DNA of 63,918 bases, filler included, from Deltaproteobacteria bacterium (GTDB lineage Bacteria; Myxococcota; JACRCW01), in the NCBI GenBank assembly GCA_016218805.1. It is 4 parts of 4 records of this genome, joined end to end, with 100 filler letters (N's around TTAATTAATTAA, not from the genome) between each part and the next. Parts side by side here need not be neighbours in the genome. Positions count along the whole stretch, not along the records: positions 1 to 29,887 come from JACRCW010000082.1; 3 more parts are not named here. One strand, written 5' to 3'. The notes under the pieces are model-generated. The model searched no databases and was not told the DNA's origin. It worked only from the letters and a program-made list of their open reading frames with translations. Below are positions 1 to 9,927 of this stretch, in pieces. The position numbers and the translations under genes were made by a program. How positions within the stretch are numbered: the first letter of the stretch is position 1; the number at the start of each line of letters is the position of its first letter.

Positions 1-792
1 GCTGTCCTTGAGCACCTCCTGCACCTCGGATTCCACCGCGTTGAGCGCGCCCTGGTGGGTGCGGTGTTGGGGTGGCATCGGCGGTGCCACCATGCCCAGG
101 GTCTCCGCGCGGCCGCCCTGTACGCGGACCAGCTCGCCGGGCCGGAGCTTGCGCACGCCCTCCAGCAGGCACAGCGGGGACGGCACAAAGCCCAGGCCCA
201 CGTAAGCCTCCAGTGCCTGCCGGGACAACCCGCCGGTGAAACCGCCTGCCTCCAGCGCCGTCAGCTCACTGGCAAACGCCGTCACGCTGCCGGTCAGCGC
301 CAGGTACACCGGCTTGATCCCCCACGGGTCCCGGGCCAGCCACAGTGACGACGAGGGGAGGTGCAGCGCAGCCCACGCGTACATCCCGCGCAGCCGCGCC
401 GGCAGCCCCACGCCCCACGCCTCCAGCCCGTGCAGGATCACCTCCGCGTCGCAACGCGACCGGAACGTGTGCCCCGCGGCCGTGAGCTCATTGCGCAGCG
501 CCAGGTGGTTGTAGATTTCACCGTTGAAGGTGAGCCACCAGGACCCGTCCTCGTTGGACATGGGTTCCGCGCCGTCCGCTGACAGGTCCAGCACCGCCAG
601 CCGCGCGTGCGCCAGCCCCGCGGCCGGGTCCCGCTCGCTGGCGCCGTCCACCAGCGCCGTCTCACCCCGGCGGGAGAACAGGCGCGTTCCCTCGCCGTCA
701 GGCCCGCGGTGCCGCAGTGCGGCCAGCATCCGCGCCAGCCGGCCCGGCGCCACGCCGCCCGAATCCGCGAGAAACCCGGCAATACCGCACAT
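1..792 (-). CDS. asnB: Asparagine synthase (glutamine-hydrolysing)-like amidotransferase, N-terminal part; runs off the window start
   Basis: Manual translation from ATG at 792 gives MCGIAGFLAD...LRHRGPDGEG...WWLTFNGEIYNH...LARDPWGIKPVY, the Ntn-GATase motifs with Cys2 nucleophile. Not in the ORF track because no stop lies inside the window. Confidence 0.88.
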   Translation of the reverse strand, partial: MCGIAGFLADSGGVAPGRLARMLAALRHRGPDGEGTRLFSRRGETALVDGASERDPAAGLAHARLAVLDLSADGAEPMSNEDGSWWLTFNGEIYNHLALRNELTAAGHTFRSRCDAEVILHGLEAWGVGLPARLRGMYAWAALHLPSSSLWLARDPWGIKPVYLALTGSVTAFASELTALEAGGFTGGLSRQALEAYVGLGFVPSPLCLLEGVRKLRPGELVRVQGGRAETLGMVAPPMPPQHRTHQGALNAVESEVQEVLKDS

Positions 793-1084
793 GACCGCGT
801 GCGGTTAGCACAGACAGGTGGTGGTCAGAAGAGGAGGAGCGTCAGATGAACCGGCGCAGGAAGCGCCGCAGCTCGTCGAGCAACTCGTACACCACGCGCC
901 ATGGCTCCACGGGAACCGCCATCACCGCCACGCGAGCGTGCGACCGACGCATCCCGCTCCTGTTGCCTGCAGCCCTTCGACGCATGAGCACCTCCGACCC
1001 ACAGAGCATGATGACCGCCGCCGCCACGCGCAACCCGGATCACTCCGTCGGGCGCCGCGTGACGCGCAGCGGTATGGTGTAGGT

Positions 1085-2143
1085 GTGTTGCATCCAACGG
1101 TGTGGGTGGTGGTGCGCCGCCCGGCCTGGCGGAGGATGGCCGGCTGGGCCACGCTCCGTCGCCAACAGGGCTTTGACGTCCAGGTCCTGGACCCGGCGGA
1201 CGCGGGGCGCCTCCAGCAGGCGCCGCCCTCCCACGTGTTGCTGGTGGGACATCCCCGCGCCGCCGGCGCCTACCTGCTGCCCACCGCCGAGCACCCACCG
1301 CCCTGCCGGCACATGGCCACCGCGTTCCACGGTGACCACGCCGTGGTGCACGGCTCCCTGGCCGAACCCCCGCGCCACGCCGTGGGCCGCCTGCCCGTCC
1401 ACGACGACGCCGAACTGGAGCGGGTGCTTGCCCGCTACCTCCGGCCCCTGCCCGCGGAGCCTGCGGTGGTGCGGTTTGTCGACGGGGACCCCCGCTGGGG
1501 CAGCGCCATCAACCGCGCGTGTCACCTGCTGGCGGGGCGCGCCGCGCGGCGGGCGTGGCCGGCGGGGCTTGCGTCCACGCGCGCCAGTTTCAACCCGGTG
1601 GCCCCGGCGGCGCTGCGCGCTGACGTCGTCGCCTGGATTGCCCAGGGGGCACGCCTGCTGGTGTACGTGGGGCACGGCCAACCGGACCACGTGGACGGCA
1701 TCCACGCCCACGCGCTGCCCGTTGACGGCGGCAGCGTGGGCGTGGTGGTGCTCGCGTGCTGCCACGCGGGCGGGTTCGCCGCGGATGCTCCGTCATTGGC
1801 GGAACGCTGGCTGCTCACCCCCGGCGGCCCGCGCGCCATCCTGGCGGCCAGCAACGTGAGTGACCCGCGCCTCAATCCCGCACTGGCCGACGCGTTTGTG
1901 CGCGCCGCGCTGCTGCCCGGCGCCACCGTTGGGGATGCGGTCCTGGCCGCGCGGCGCGCGCTGGATGGCGCCGCGGAGGATCCCATCTATGCCGCGTTGC
2001 GCCTGTGCGCGCCCCCGCGCCTGCGGCGGGCGCACCGCGGCCTGTACAACCTGCTGGGTGACCCTACGGCACCCGTCGGGCTCGTGGTGGCGGACGCAGC
2101 GCTTGCATCAGGCACCACGGGCGCTAAAGCAGCGGCGCCATGA
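1085..2143 (+). CDS. C25 (gingipain-like, clan CD) cysteine peptidase domain protein
   Basis: VLLVGH, HAVGRLPV, LLVYVGHG (catalytic His), VLACCHAGGF (catalytic Cys), SLAERWLL..GG and YNLLGDP are C25 hallmarks. Start uncertain: GTG 1085/1100, though the ORF is open from 818. Stop overlaps the cyaY start (ATGA). Confidence 0.72.
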   Translation: MLHPTVWVVVRRPAWRRMAGWATLRRQQGFDVQVLDPADAGRLQQAPPSHVLLVGHPRAAGAYLLPTAEHPPPCRHMATAFHGDHAVVHGSLAEPPRHAVGRLPVHDDAELERVLARYLRPLPAEPAVVRFVDGDPRWGSAINRACHLLAGRAARRAWPAGLASTRASFNPVAPAALRADVVAWIAQGARLLVYVGHGQPDHVDGIHAHALPVDGGSVGVVVLACCHAGGFAADAPSLAERWLLTPGGPRAILAASNVSDPRLNPALADAFVRAALLPGATVGDAVLAARRALDGAAEDPIYAALRLCAPPRLRRAHRGLYNLLGDPTAPVGLVVADAALASGTTGAKAAAP

Positions 2144-2463
2144 TGGATGACCGCGCGTACAACGAGCTGGTGGAGAGCCTCTTCGGGCGCATCACCACGG
2201 CGCTGGATCGCCTGGATCCCGACGATGTGGAAGTGGACAAGGGTGGCGGGTACCTGACGCTCATCTTCCGCGACAAGACGCGCTGCGTGATCAGCACGCA
2301 ACGCCCGGTGCGCGAGATCTGGATGGCGCACGACGCCACCGCTTGGCACTTTTCGGCTCCCGGCGCGGATGGCCGCTGGGTCACGCACAAGACCCACGAG
2401 GAGCTCATTGACACGCTGACCCGCCTGGTGAGCGGCCGCGTGGGGCACCCCGTCCAGATCTGA
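2140..2463 (+). CDS. cyaY: Iron donor protein CyaY (frataxin family)
   Basis: 107 aa; acidic N-terminal helix, then GGYLTLIF...VISTQRPVREIWMA...WHF, typical of CyaY. Confidence 0.9.
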   Translation: MMDDRAYNELVESLFGRITTALDRLDPDDVEVDKGGGYLTLIFRDKTRCVISTQRPVREIWMAHDATAWHFSAPGADGRWVTHKTHEELIDTLTRLVSGRVGHPVQI

Positions 2464-2490
2464 CGCCCCGCCGCATGCTAGAGGGCGGGC

Positions 2491-3441
2491 ATGACGCCTT
2501 TCGCACTGCACCGCTGCGCGCTGCAGGTGGCGGATGAACTGGTGCTCCGGCCCGACGTGCTGGCGGTGGCCCTCACCGGGTCACTGGCGCGCGGGGATCC
2601 TGACCGGGGCTCTGACGTGGACCTCTGGGTGATCGGCGCGCGAGATGACCGCGAGCACTTCCGGCGCCGCGGCGTCCCGGTGACGCTGTTGTGGCAGCGC
2701 CCGCACACCGCGCTCTCCGCGGAGACGCGCCTGCTGTACGAGGTGGCGGATGCCTGGGTGCTGTTTGACCCGCGCGGGATTCTCGCCCGCGTGCGCGCGG
2801 AGGCGTGGGCCCGGCGCAGCCAGACCCGGCGGCGCATCAGGGCGGGAACCACGGGCTTCATCCGCCTGCTGGTGCGGGAGGCGCTGCGCGTGGCGCCCAC
2901 GGCGCCGGGGCTTGCGGTGGCGCATCTGCGGGAAGCCGGCCGCCGCGTGGCGGCGCTGCACGTGTATGACACCCGCGGCTGGCGCGTTCCCAAGTGGCGC
3001 CACTTCCAGCGCGGTCTCCCGCCGCGGGCGTTGCGCGCGCTGGCTGCCCTGCAGGCCCTGCCGCGCGGAGACCGCGCGCTTGCGTCCGTGCTCGCCACCC
3101 TGGTGGAGACCTGGCCCGCCGCGGGGCCGTCCACCGCGGCGCGCACCTGGCCGCCGCCGGTGCCGCACCCCGCGGACTTCCGGCGCATGCTGCGCGTTGG
3201 CCGGACAGAGGATGCGCTGATGGTGCTGCGTGCCTCGCTGTCCGCGCTGCCTGTGGGTGCGGCGCACGTGCCGGCGTGGCGGTTGTGGCGGGCCGCCCAG
3301 GGGTTTCCCTCGCCCGCGGTGGCTCCCGCGCGCGTCCGCGCGGCGGCGCGGGGACTGCTCACCCTGGTGGGAGCGCTGGGCGCGGAGCCGCGGCTGAAGT
3401 CCGGTCACGTGCTGGCGGACGTGCGCACACTGTCGCGCTGA
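2491..3441 (+). CDS. Nucleotidyltransferase domain protein (pol-beta/KNTase-like)
   Basis: VLAVALTGSLARGDPDRGSDVDLWVIG = hG[GS]x9-13DxD motif, followed by a helical C-terminal region. Confidence 0.75.
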   Translation: MTPFALHRCALQVADELVLRPDVLAVALTGSLARGDPDRGSDVDLWVIGARDDREHFRRRGVPVTLLWQRPHTALSAETRLLYEVADAWVLFDPRGILARVRAEAWARRSQTRRRIRAGTTGFIRLLVREALRVAPTAPGLAVAHLREAGRRVAALHVYDTRGWRVPKWRHFQRGLPPRALRALAALQALPRGDRALASVLATLVETWPAAGPSTAARTWPPPVPHPADFRRMLRVGRTEDALMVLRASLSALPVGAAHVPAWRLWRAAQGFPSPAVAPARVRAAARGLLTLVGALGAEPRLKSGHVLADVRTLSR

Positions 3442-3519
3442 CCCGCCGGCCCCGTGTGGTGTGGCGCCGTGCCGTGCGCGGCTTGTGCACTCCCGAGGCC
3501 TGCGCCATGTTCCGGGCCC

Positions 3520-3888
3520 ATGGTCAAGAAGGTTCTCATCGCGGATGACTCGGCGGCCTTCCGGAACCTGGAGGGCACCATCCTGGCGCCGTACCACTAC
3601 CAGCTGCTGCACGCGGAAAACGGCGTGCAGTGCATGAAGCTGGCCATGGAGGAGAAGCCGGACCTCATCCTGCTGGACGTGCAGATGCCGTACATGGACG
3701 GCGTGCAGGTGCTGGCCTTCCTGCAACAGCATGACAGCACGCGGTCCATCCCCATTGTGTTTGTCACCACGCTGGGACGGGAGAAGGACAAGGAGTTGCT
3801 GGGCCGCGGCGGCGCCCGCGCGCTGATCAGCAAGCCCATCAACGCGCTGGAGCTGGTCAAGACCGTGCGGCACATCCTGGGCGAGTGA
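3520..3888 (+). CDS. Single-domain response regulator (CheY-like)
   Basis: KVLIADDS...PDLILLDVQMPYMDG...IVFVTT...ISKP with all canonical receiver residues; ATG at 3520. Confidence 0.92.
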   Translation: MVKKVLIADDSAAFRNLEGTILAPYHYQLLHAENGVQCMKLAMEEKPDLILLDVQMPYMDGVQVLAFLQQHDSTRSIPIVFVTTLGREKDKELLGRGGARALISKPINALELVKTVRHILGE

Positions 3889-3891
3889 GCC

Positions 3892-5058
3892 TCAGGCCTG
3901 CAGTGCCTTCTGCAGCCGGGTGGCCTGGTCCCGGTCGGAAGCGGACGCGCGCTCGTCAGCAAGGATGGTGGTGGCGAGTTGCCGGGCCTTGTCCTTGCGG
4001 TCCGCCTTGGCGTGCGCCAGTGCCAGGTTCAGCAGCGTGCCGGGCGCGTTGTCGCTGCGCTTGAGGGCGGTCTCCAACGCCTTGATGGCCTTGTCCAGCC
4101 GGCCCTCGGCGGTGAGCAGGAACCCCAACCGCGTGCCGGCGCTGCCGTCCGGGTCCCCCACGGCCACCGCCTTCTCCAGCGCGGTGATGGCCCCCGCGTT
4201 GTCCCCGCTGTTTTCCAACGCCATGCCCAGCACGTAATGCCCGCGGCCAAACTTTGGGGCCCGCTCGGTGGCGGCGCGCGCCTGGGCCACCGCGCTCTTG
4301 GCGTCGCCCGTCTCCAGCGACAGCATGGCAAGGTTCACCAGGTCTTCCGCGCTGCGCGCGCTCTCCGGGATGGTGTTCAGCGTGGCCGCGGCCTCCTTGT
4401 GGCGCCCCGCGCGTGCCAGCAGGCCCACGCGCGTGCGCACCAGTGCGGCTTCCCCGGGGTTGGCCTGCAGCCCTGCGTCCACCACGCGGGACGCCTCCTC
4501 CGTCTTGCCCTGGCGCTGGTAGACCTGTGCCAGCGCGTCCCACGCGTCCACGTAGCGCGGCTGCATTTCGGTCACTGCGCGCAGGGCCTGTTCCGCGCGC
4601 CCCAGCTCACCCAGCTCCATGAGGCTGACGCCCAGGTAGAAGAACGTGGGCGCGGAGGACGTCCACACCTGCCCCGCCTGGGACAGGTGCAGCACGGCCT
4701 CCCGGAACTTGCCGATGGCGGCGTTGTACACGCCGTAGGCGTGGTGGAACGCCGGGAAGTCCGCGCCGCCCTCCCGGGCTGCCTCCAGGTGCTTCTTGGC
4801 GTCCTTGTAACGGTGCTGCCCCACCATCAGGGCGCCCAGGTACGCCTGCACGCCCACGTCCTTGCCGTGCTTCTTGGCCAGCATCTGCAGCTGCGCCGTG
4901 GCAGCCTGCGGGTCCCCGTCTGCCGCCTTGAGCCGGGCCCGCGCAATCTGGAAGCCCACGTCGTCGCCCGCGGACACCAGCGCCTTGCGGACGGCTTCCA
5001 CGTCGCCCGCGTCAAACGCCTCCTCAACGGTCCTGAGGACTTCCTCCACGCTCGCCAT
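3892..5058 (-). CDS. Multi-TPR protein
   Basis: Repeated TPR patterns (TFFYLGVSLMELGELGRAEQAL; AWDALAQVYQRQGKTEEA; GHYVLGMALENSGDNAGAI). Directly downstream of the LysM gene. Confidence 0.85.
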   Translation of the reverse strand: MASVEEVLRTVEEAFDAGDVEAVRKALVSAGDDVGFQIARARLKAADGDPQAATAQLQMLAKKHGKDVGVQAYLGALMVGQHRYKDAKKHLEAAREGGADFPAFHHAYGVYNAAIGKFREAVLHLSQAGQVWTSSAPTFFYLGVSLMELGELGRAEQALRAVTEMQPRYVDAWDALAQVYQRQGKTEEASRVVDAGLQANPGEAALVRTRVGLLARAGRHKEAAATLNTIPESARSAEDLVNLAMLSLETGDAKSAVAQARAATERAPKFGRGHYVLGMALENSGDNAGAITALEKAVAVGDPDGSAGTRLGFLLTAEGRLDKAIKALETALKRSDNAPGTLLNLALAHAKADRKDKARQLATTILADERASASDRDQATRLQKALQA

Positions 5059-5166
5059 GGTCAAAACGCTCCCCGGGGAGTTTCCCCGCGTGCCTGGAAA
5101 TTGCGCGTGCCCGCACCGCCATCAAAAGGGCGGAGCGGGCACGTCGTCAACCCCTGGTCGTGTCGG

Positions 5167-6765
5167 TCAGAACCAGCTCTTCACCCAGTTGTAGCCGTCC
5201 TTGGCAATGGCCCCGACGTTGACGTTGACGTTGACCTTCACGCGGCCGCCCAGGCCCACGCAGGCGCCCAGATCCACATTGGCCTTGAAGTTCCCGCGGT
5301 CAAACCCGATCTCGGCCCGGGCCGCGCCGCCAATGCCGGCCTGCGCGGTGCCTTCCACCTCGGCCCCGAAGTAGCGGCTCTGGTAGCCCACGCTGCCCTT
5401 GGCCTCGGCGCCGGCAAACCCCTCCGCGCCCACGCCCACCTTGGCCGTGCCGGTGGCCAGGTTGACCGTGGCCCCGCCGCCCACCTCGCCGCGGGCGCGC
5501 ACGCCGGCGTCACCCTTGACGTAGGCCTGCCCGGTGCGGCTGGTGGAGTCACCCAGCTGCGCGCGGCCCGTCACGGCCACCACGTCCACCTGCGCGGCAA
5601 TCTGCGCGCCGACGTTCACGTTGCCCGTCTTGAGGTCCACCGTGGCGGCGGCGCCACCCTTCACTTCCACGCTGCCCACGCGGACCTCGGCGCCGGCGCC
5701 GGTGGTGTTGCCAATGTCCGCGTTGCCCGCGCGGTACAGGTTGGCCGTCTTGGGGTCCACAAACGTGCGTTCCACGGCGGCCAGCGTGGCGGTGGCTTCC
5801 ACCTCCGGTCCGTTGCGGGTGGCCGGCGCGGTCTGCGCGTCGCGCTCGGTGCGGTTGCGCTCGTCACCGTTGGCGCGCTGCGTGTTGGTGCGGCGGGTGG
5901 TCTCGGTCACCGTTTCGCCGTCCGCGGTGCGGCTGGAGGAGACGGTGGTGGAACTGACGCGGTTGCCCTGCGCGTCCGTGCCCTGGCCGTTGCGCACGGT
6001 GGTGTTGCGCTGGGACCCGTCTGACGCGGTGCGGTCAAACGACGTGCTCTGCGAGCTGGTGTTGCGCCCGTTCCCGTCATTGGCCACGCGGTTCTGGTTG
6101 GTGACCGTGCCGTTGCCGTTGCGGGTGGTGGTGGTGTTGGTGGTGGAGTTGCTGCCGCGTGACAGGTTCCATTCCTGGCTGCGCTGGTAGCTGGTGGAGC
6201 CGCGGCGGCCGGACATCACCTCCGGCAGGCTGTCTCCCAGTGACCCGTTCAGGTTGGCGCCGTTCACTTCCAGCGCGCCCTCATTGATGGCGTGCTTGGT
6301 GTCACTGTCCGCGGCGGCCTGCGGCTGGGGTTGCGGCTGGCCGGTGGCGCCGGGGCGCGCGGTGTTGGCCTGCAGGCGCTGGTTCTGCAGCTGGCTCTGC
6401 AGCGCGGGATCCGCGGGCTGCTGCGGCAGGCTGGGCGTGGAGGTCTGGGGACGCGCGGTCTGGGTGGGCGCGGCGCCGGGCTGGAAGCCGTCTGACCGGG
6501 GCTGGCCGCCCTGGTTCTGGCCGGCGGGCGCGGGCGCGGACTGCTGCGCGGCGGCGGGAACGTTGATCTGCTGGCCCGGGAAGATCAGATCCGGGTTCTT
6601 GATCTGGGGGTTGGCATCAATGAGCTGCTGCAGCGGGACGCCGGCGGCGTGCGCAATCCCCGACAGGGTATCGCCCTTGCGCACGGTCACCTGGTTGTCC
6701 TGGTTCTGCTGCGGGGTGCGCTGGAGGTTCGAACTGCCGCTGCCACGGACGGTGGGGGTGCTCAT
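5167..6765 (-). CDS. LysM-domain protein with Q/P/T/N-rich linker and Gly/Ala/Val beta-rich C-terminal domain (effector/toxin-like)
   Basis: VTVRKGDTLSGIAHAAGVPLQQLIDANPQIKNPDLIFPGQQINVP is a LysM domain. No hydrophobic signal peptide. C-terminus has alternating GAEV/GVGAEG beta-strand repeats. Confidence 0.8.
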   Translation of the reverse strand: MSTPTVRGSGSSNLQRTPQQNQDNQVTVRKGDTLSGIAHAAGVPLQQLIDANPQIKNPDLIFPGQQINVPAAAQQSAPAPAGQNQGGQPRSDGFQPGAAPTQTARPQTSTPSLPQQPADPALQSQLQNQRLQANTARPGATGQPQPQPQAAADSDTKHAINEGALEVNGANLNGSLGDSLPEVMSGRRGSTSYQRSQEWNLSRGSNSTTNTTTTRNGNGTVTNQNRVANDGNGRNTSSQSTSFDRTASDGSQRNTTVRNGQGTDAQGNRVSSTTVSSSRTADGETVTETTRRTNTQRANGDERNRTERDAQTAPATRNGPEVEATATLAAVERTFVDPKTANLYRAGNADIGNTTGAGAEVRVGSVEVKGGAAATVDLKTGNVNVGAQIAAQVDVVAVTGRAQLGDSTSRTGQAYVKGDAGVRARGEVGGGATVNLATGTAKVGVGAEGFAGAEAKGSVGYQSRYFGAEVEGTAQAGIGGAARAEIGFDRGNFKANVDLGACVGLGGRVKVNVNVNVGAIAKDGYNWVKSWF

Positions 6766-6816
6766 CTTCAGCCTCGAAACGGTAGGGCCGCATGGGATGC
6801 GGCCGGGACGCAACCG

Positions 6817-6843
6817 TTATCGCACAGGCGCCCCCAGGGTTGC
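6817..6843 (-). promoter_or_regulatory. Putative sigma28/FliA-type promoter (GCAAC-N14-TGCGATAA) upstream of the LysM gene
   Basis: Minus strand reads GCAAC CCTGGGGGCGCCTG TGCGATAA, 51 nt upstream of ATG 6765. Matches the TAAA-N15-GCCGATAA geometry, and the same motif recurs at 49659-49685. Confidence 0.55.
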
Positions 6844-7050
6844 GACGGATCGCCGCGCAAGTGGTTGAATCAAAAGGTGGTTTGTGGTGAGTGGATGTAG
6901 GTGTCCGCGGGCAACCATGCGAGATTCAACGCGAAGTTGCCGGATTGGGCCGCGCCCCGGGGTGGCGGGCTGCGTCAACTGGGGTGCGGGCCGCTGGGGG
7001 GAGTGTCCCGCGGACTGCTAAGGGGGCGGACAACGACGGAGGTGGCGCCG

Positions 7051-7593
7051 ATGGAGACCGGGAAGCTCGTCCAGCTTATCTTGGCCGTGACCCTGCTGCT
7101 GGGAGGCACCGGCGCGTACGGCTTTGTGGTCTACCAGGAGACCGTGGCCAGCAAGGGCAATGAACGGAAGATGGCGGCGCCCGGCTTGGGGGCGTTCACG
7201 CTGGATGAAGGCGGCACCTGGTCCATCTACTGGGAGTACACCGGGGCGCCGCCCTCGCGGATCAACCCGATCCCCATGCCGGAACTGGCCTGCAAGGTCA
7301 CCGACGCCGCGGGCGCCGCGGCGCCCGTGCGCAACGCCGCGCAGAGCACCTACCGCATCGGCGGGACCACCGGAATCGAATTGCTGGAATTCGACGTGAC
7401 GGCGCCGGGCGAGCACCGGTTCGACTGTGAGCTGAAGTCGCCCTATCCGCGCGCACCGGTGTTGAGCCTGAACATCGGCAATTCGATCATTGGCAAATCA
7501 CTCAAGGCGGTGGCCCTGCCGTCCGTGGTGTACCTGGTGGCCATGGGCCTGGCGGCGTGGCTGCTGGTGCGCGCGCTCAAGCCGCGCCGGTGA
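7051..7593 (+). CDS. Hypothetical membrane protein (N- and C-terminal TM helices, beta-sandwich between)
   Basis: GGAGGT RBS before ATG 7051; hydrophobic segments at both ends. Confidence 0.75.
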   Translation: METGKLVQLILAVTLLLGGTGAYGFVVYQETVASKGNERKMAAPGLGAFTLDEGGTWSIYWEYTGAPPSRINPIPMPELACKVTDAAGAAAPVRNAAQSTYRIGGTTGIELLEFDVTAPGEHRFDCELKSPYPRAPVLSLNIGNSIIGKSLKAVALPSVVYLVAMGLAAWLLVRALKPRR

Positions 7594-7621
7594 TGGGCCG
7601 GCATCTTCAAGGAGGTGGACC

Positions 7622-8833
<1,212 letters not shown>

Positions 8834-8872
8834 GGCGCTTGCGGGTGGCTGTGGCGCGCGTACATTGGCGCA

Positions 8873-9298
8873 ATGAGCCACTTCGTGAGGCACTTCACGC
8901 TGGACGAGGCGCACGCGCTGCTCCCCGTGGTGGTGGAGACCTGCGAGCGCATCCGCGGCCTGGCGCGCGAGGAGAAGCTGGCCCGGGAGCGCGTGCGGAT
9001 CCTGGCGCGCCGGCACCTGGAGGGCGGTGCCGATCCGGGGGCGGAGCGCGAGGTGCTGCGGGGGGTGGCGGAGCGGCTGGCCACCGAGGTGGAGGACCTG
9101 CTGGAGATGGGCGTGCACCTCAAGGGGCTCAACCCGTTCCTGGTGGACTTCCCCGCGCTGCTGGACGGGCGCACGGTGCTGTTGTGCTGGCGGGAGGGTG
9201 AGGCGGCCATCACGCACTTCCACTCCACCGAGACGGGGTTCTCCGGGCGGCAACCGATTGAGGAGCCCGCGGTCTTTGGCCAGACGATGCTGCAGTGA
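8873..9298 (+). CDS. DUF2203-like protein
   Basis: [13 protein letters not shown]...[15 protein letters not shown]...[23 protein letters not shown] resembles DUF2203. Confidence 0.75.
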   Translation: MSHFVRHFTLDEAHALLPVVVETCERIRGLAREEKLARERVRILARRHLEGGADPGAEREVLRGVAERLATEVEDLLEMGVHLKGLNPFLVDFPALLDGRTVLLCWREGEAAITHFHSTETGFSGRQPIEEPAVFGQTMLQ

Positions 9299-9393
9299 GC
9301 CGGGCTTGCGCGCGCACCACCCCGGCGCGCTAGGCTGCCGGGCGCCACCATCCGCAGGTCATTTCCCGCAGGCAAGCACGGAGGGTGCCCCAC

Positions 9394-9909
9394 GTGGCCG
9401 GTGCTGAGTTCAAGGAGAAGCTGTTGGACCTGCGGGACAACCTGCAGGAGCAGGCGCGGCGCTTCTACGAGGATTTCAAGGAGCAGACGGTCTTCTTCAA
9501 GGCCAAGGCGGGGGTCATTGCCGGGTACATCCTGGTGGTGGTGCTGAGCGTCATTGTCCTCCCGCCGCCGGTGGAGAAGAACCCGCTGGACGCGCGCATC
9601 AAGGTGGGGAAGATCTCGTTTGGGTCACGTGAGAAGACGTTCATTGAGATTGGCAACGACAGCAAGTCCATGTGGGAGTCCGCCAGCATCACCATCACCG
9701 GCGTGTGCGAGCGGAACGGGCAGCCGGTGCGCGGTCCGTGGACGGGCAACGAGCGGTTCCGCAAGGGTGAGCGCAAGACGCTGTTTGCGGACAACTTCAA
9801 GGACAAGGTGGGGTTCCGCCCGGAGATTGATTTCACGGTGGAAACGGTGACGCTGGAGGTGGAAGGCGTCTCGTGGACCAAGGACCTGCGCAAGAAGACG
9901 CCCCCGTGA
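9394..9909 (+). CDS. Hypothetical single-pass membrane protein
   Basis: Host-like codon usage; TM segment [25 protein letters not shown]. Start is GTG 9385 or 9394. Confidence 0.75.
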   Translation: MAGAEFKEKLLDLRDNLQEQARRFYEDFKEQTVFFKAKAGVIAGYILVVVLSVIVLPPPVEKNPLDARIKVGKISFGSREKTFIEIGNDSKSMWESASITITGVCERNGQPVRGPWTGNERFRKGERKTLFADNFKDKVGFRPEIDFTVETVTLEVEGVSWTKDLRKKTPP

Positions 9910-9927
9910 GGGCGGTCTGAGAGGAAC

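Noticed and set aside
1..922. Lasso peptide cluster (AsnB-like cyclase plus short peptide)
   Set aside because: The enzyme has an intact Cys2 GATase domain, no B1/B2 genes are visible, and the peptide lacks the Thr(-2)/Gly1..Asp/Glu8-9 pattern.
2491..3441. MNT-HEPN toxin-antitoxin or CBASS-type defence system
   Set aside because: No adjacent HEPN RxxxxH toxin or CBASS effector; the NTase looks like a stand-alone KNTase-like protein.
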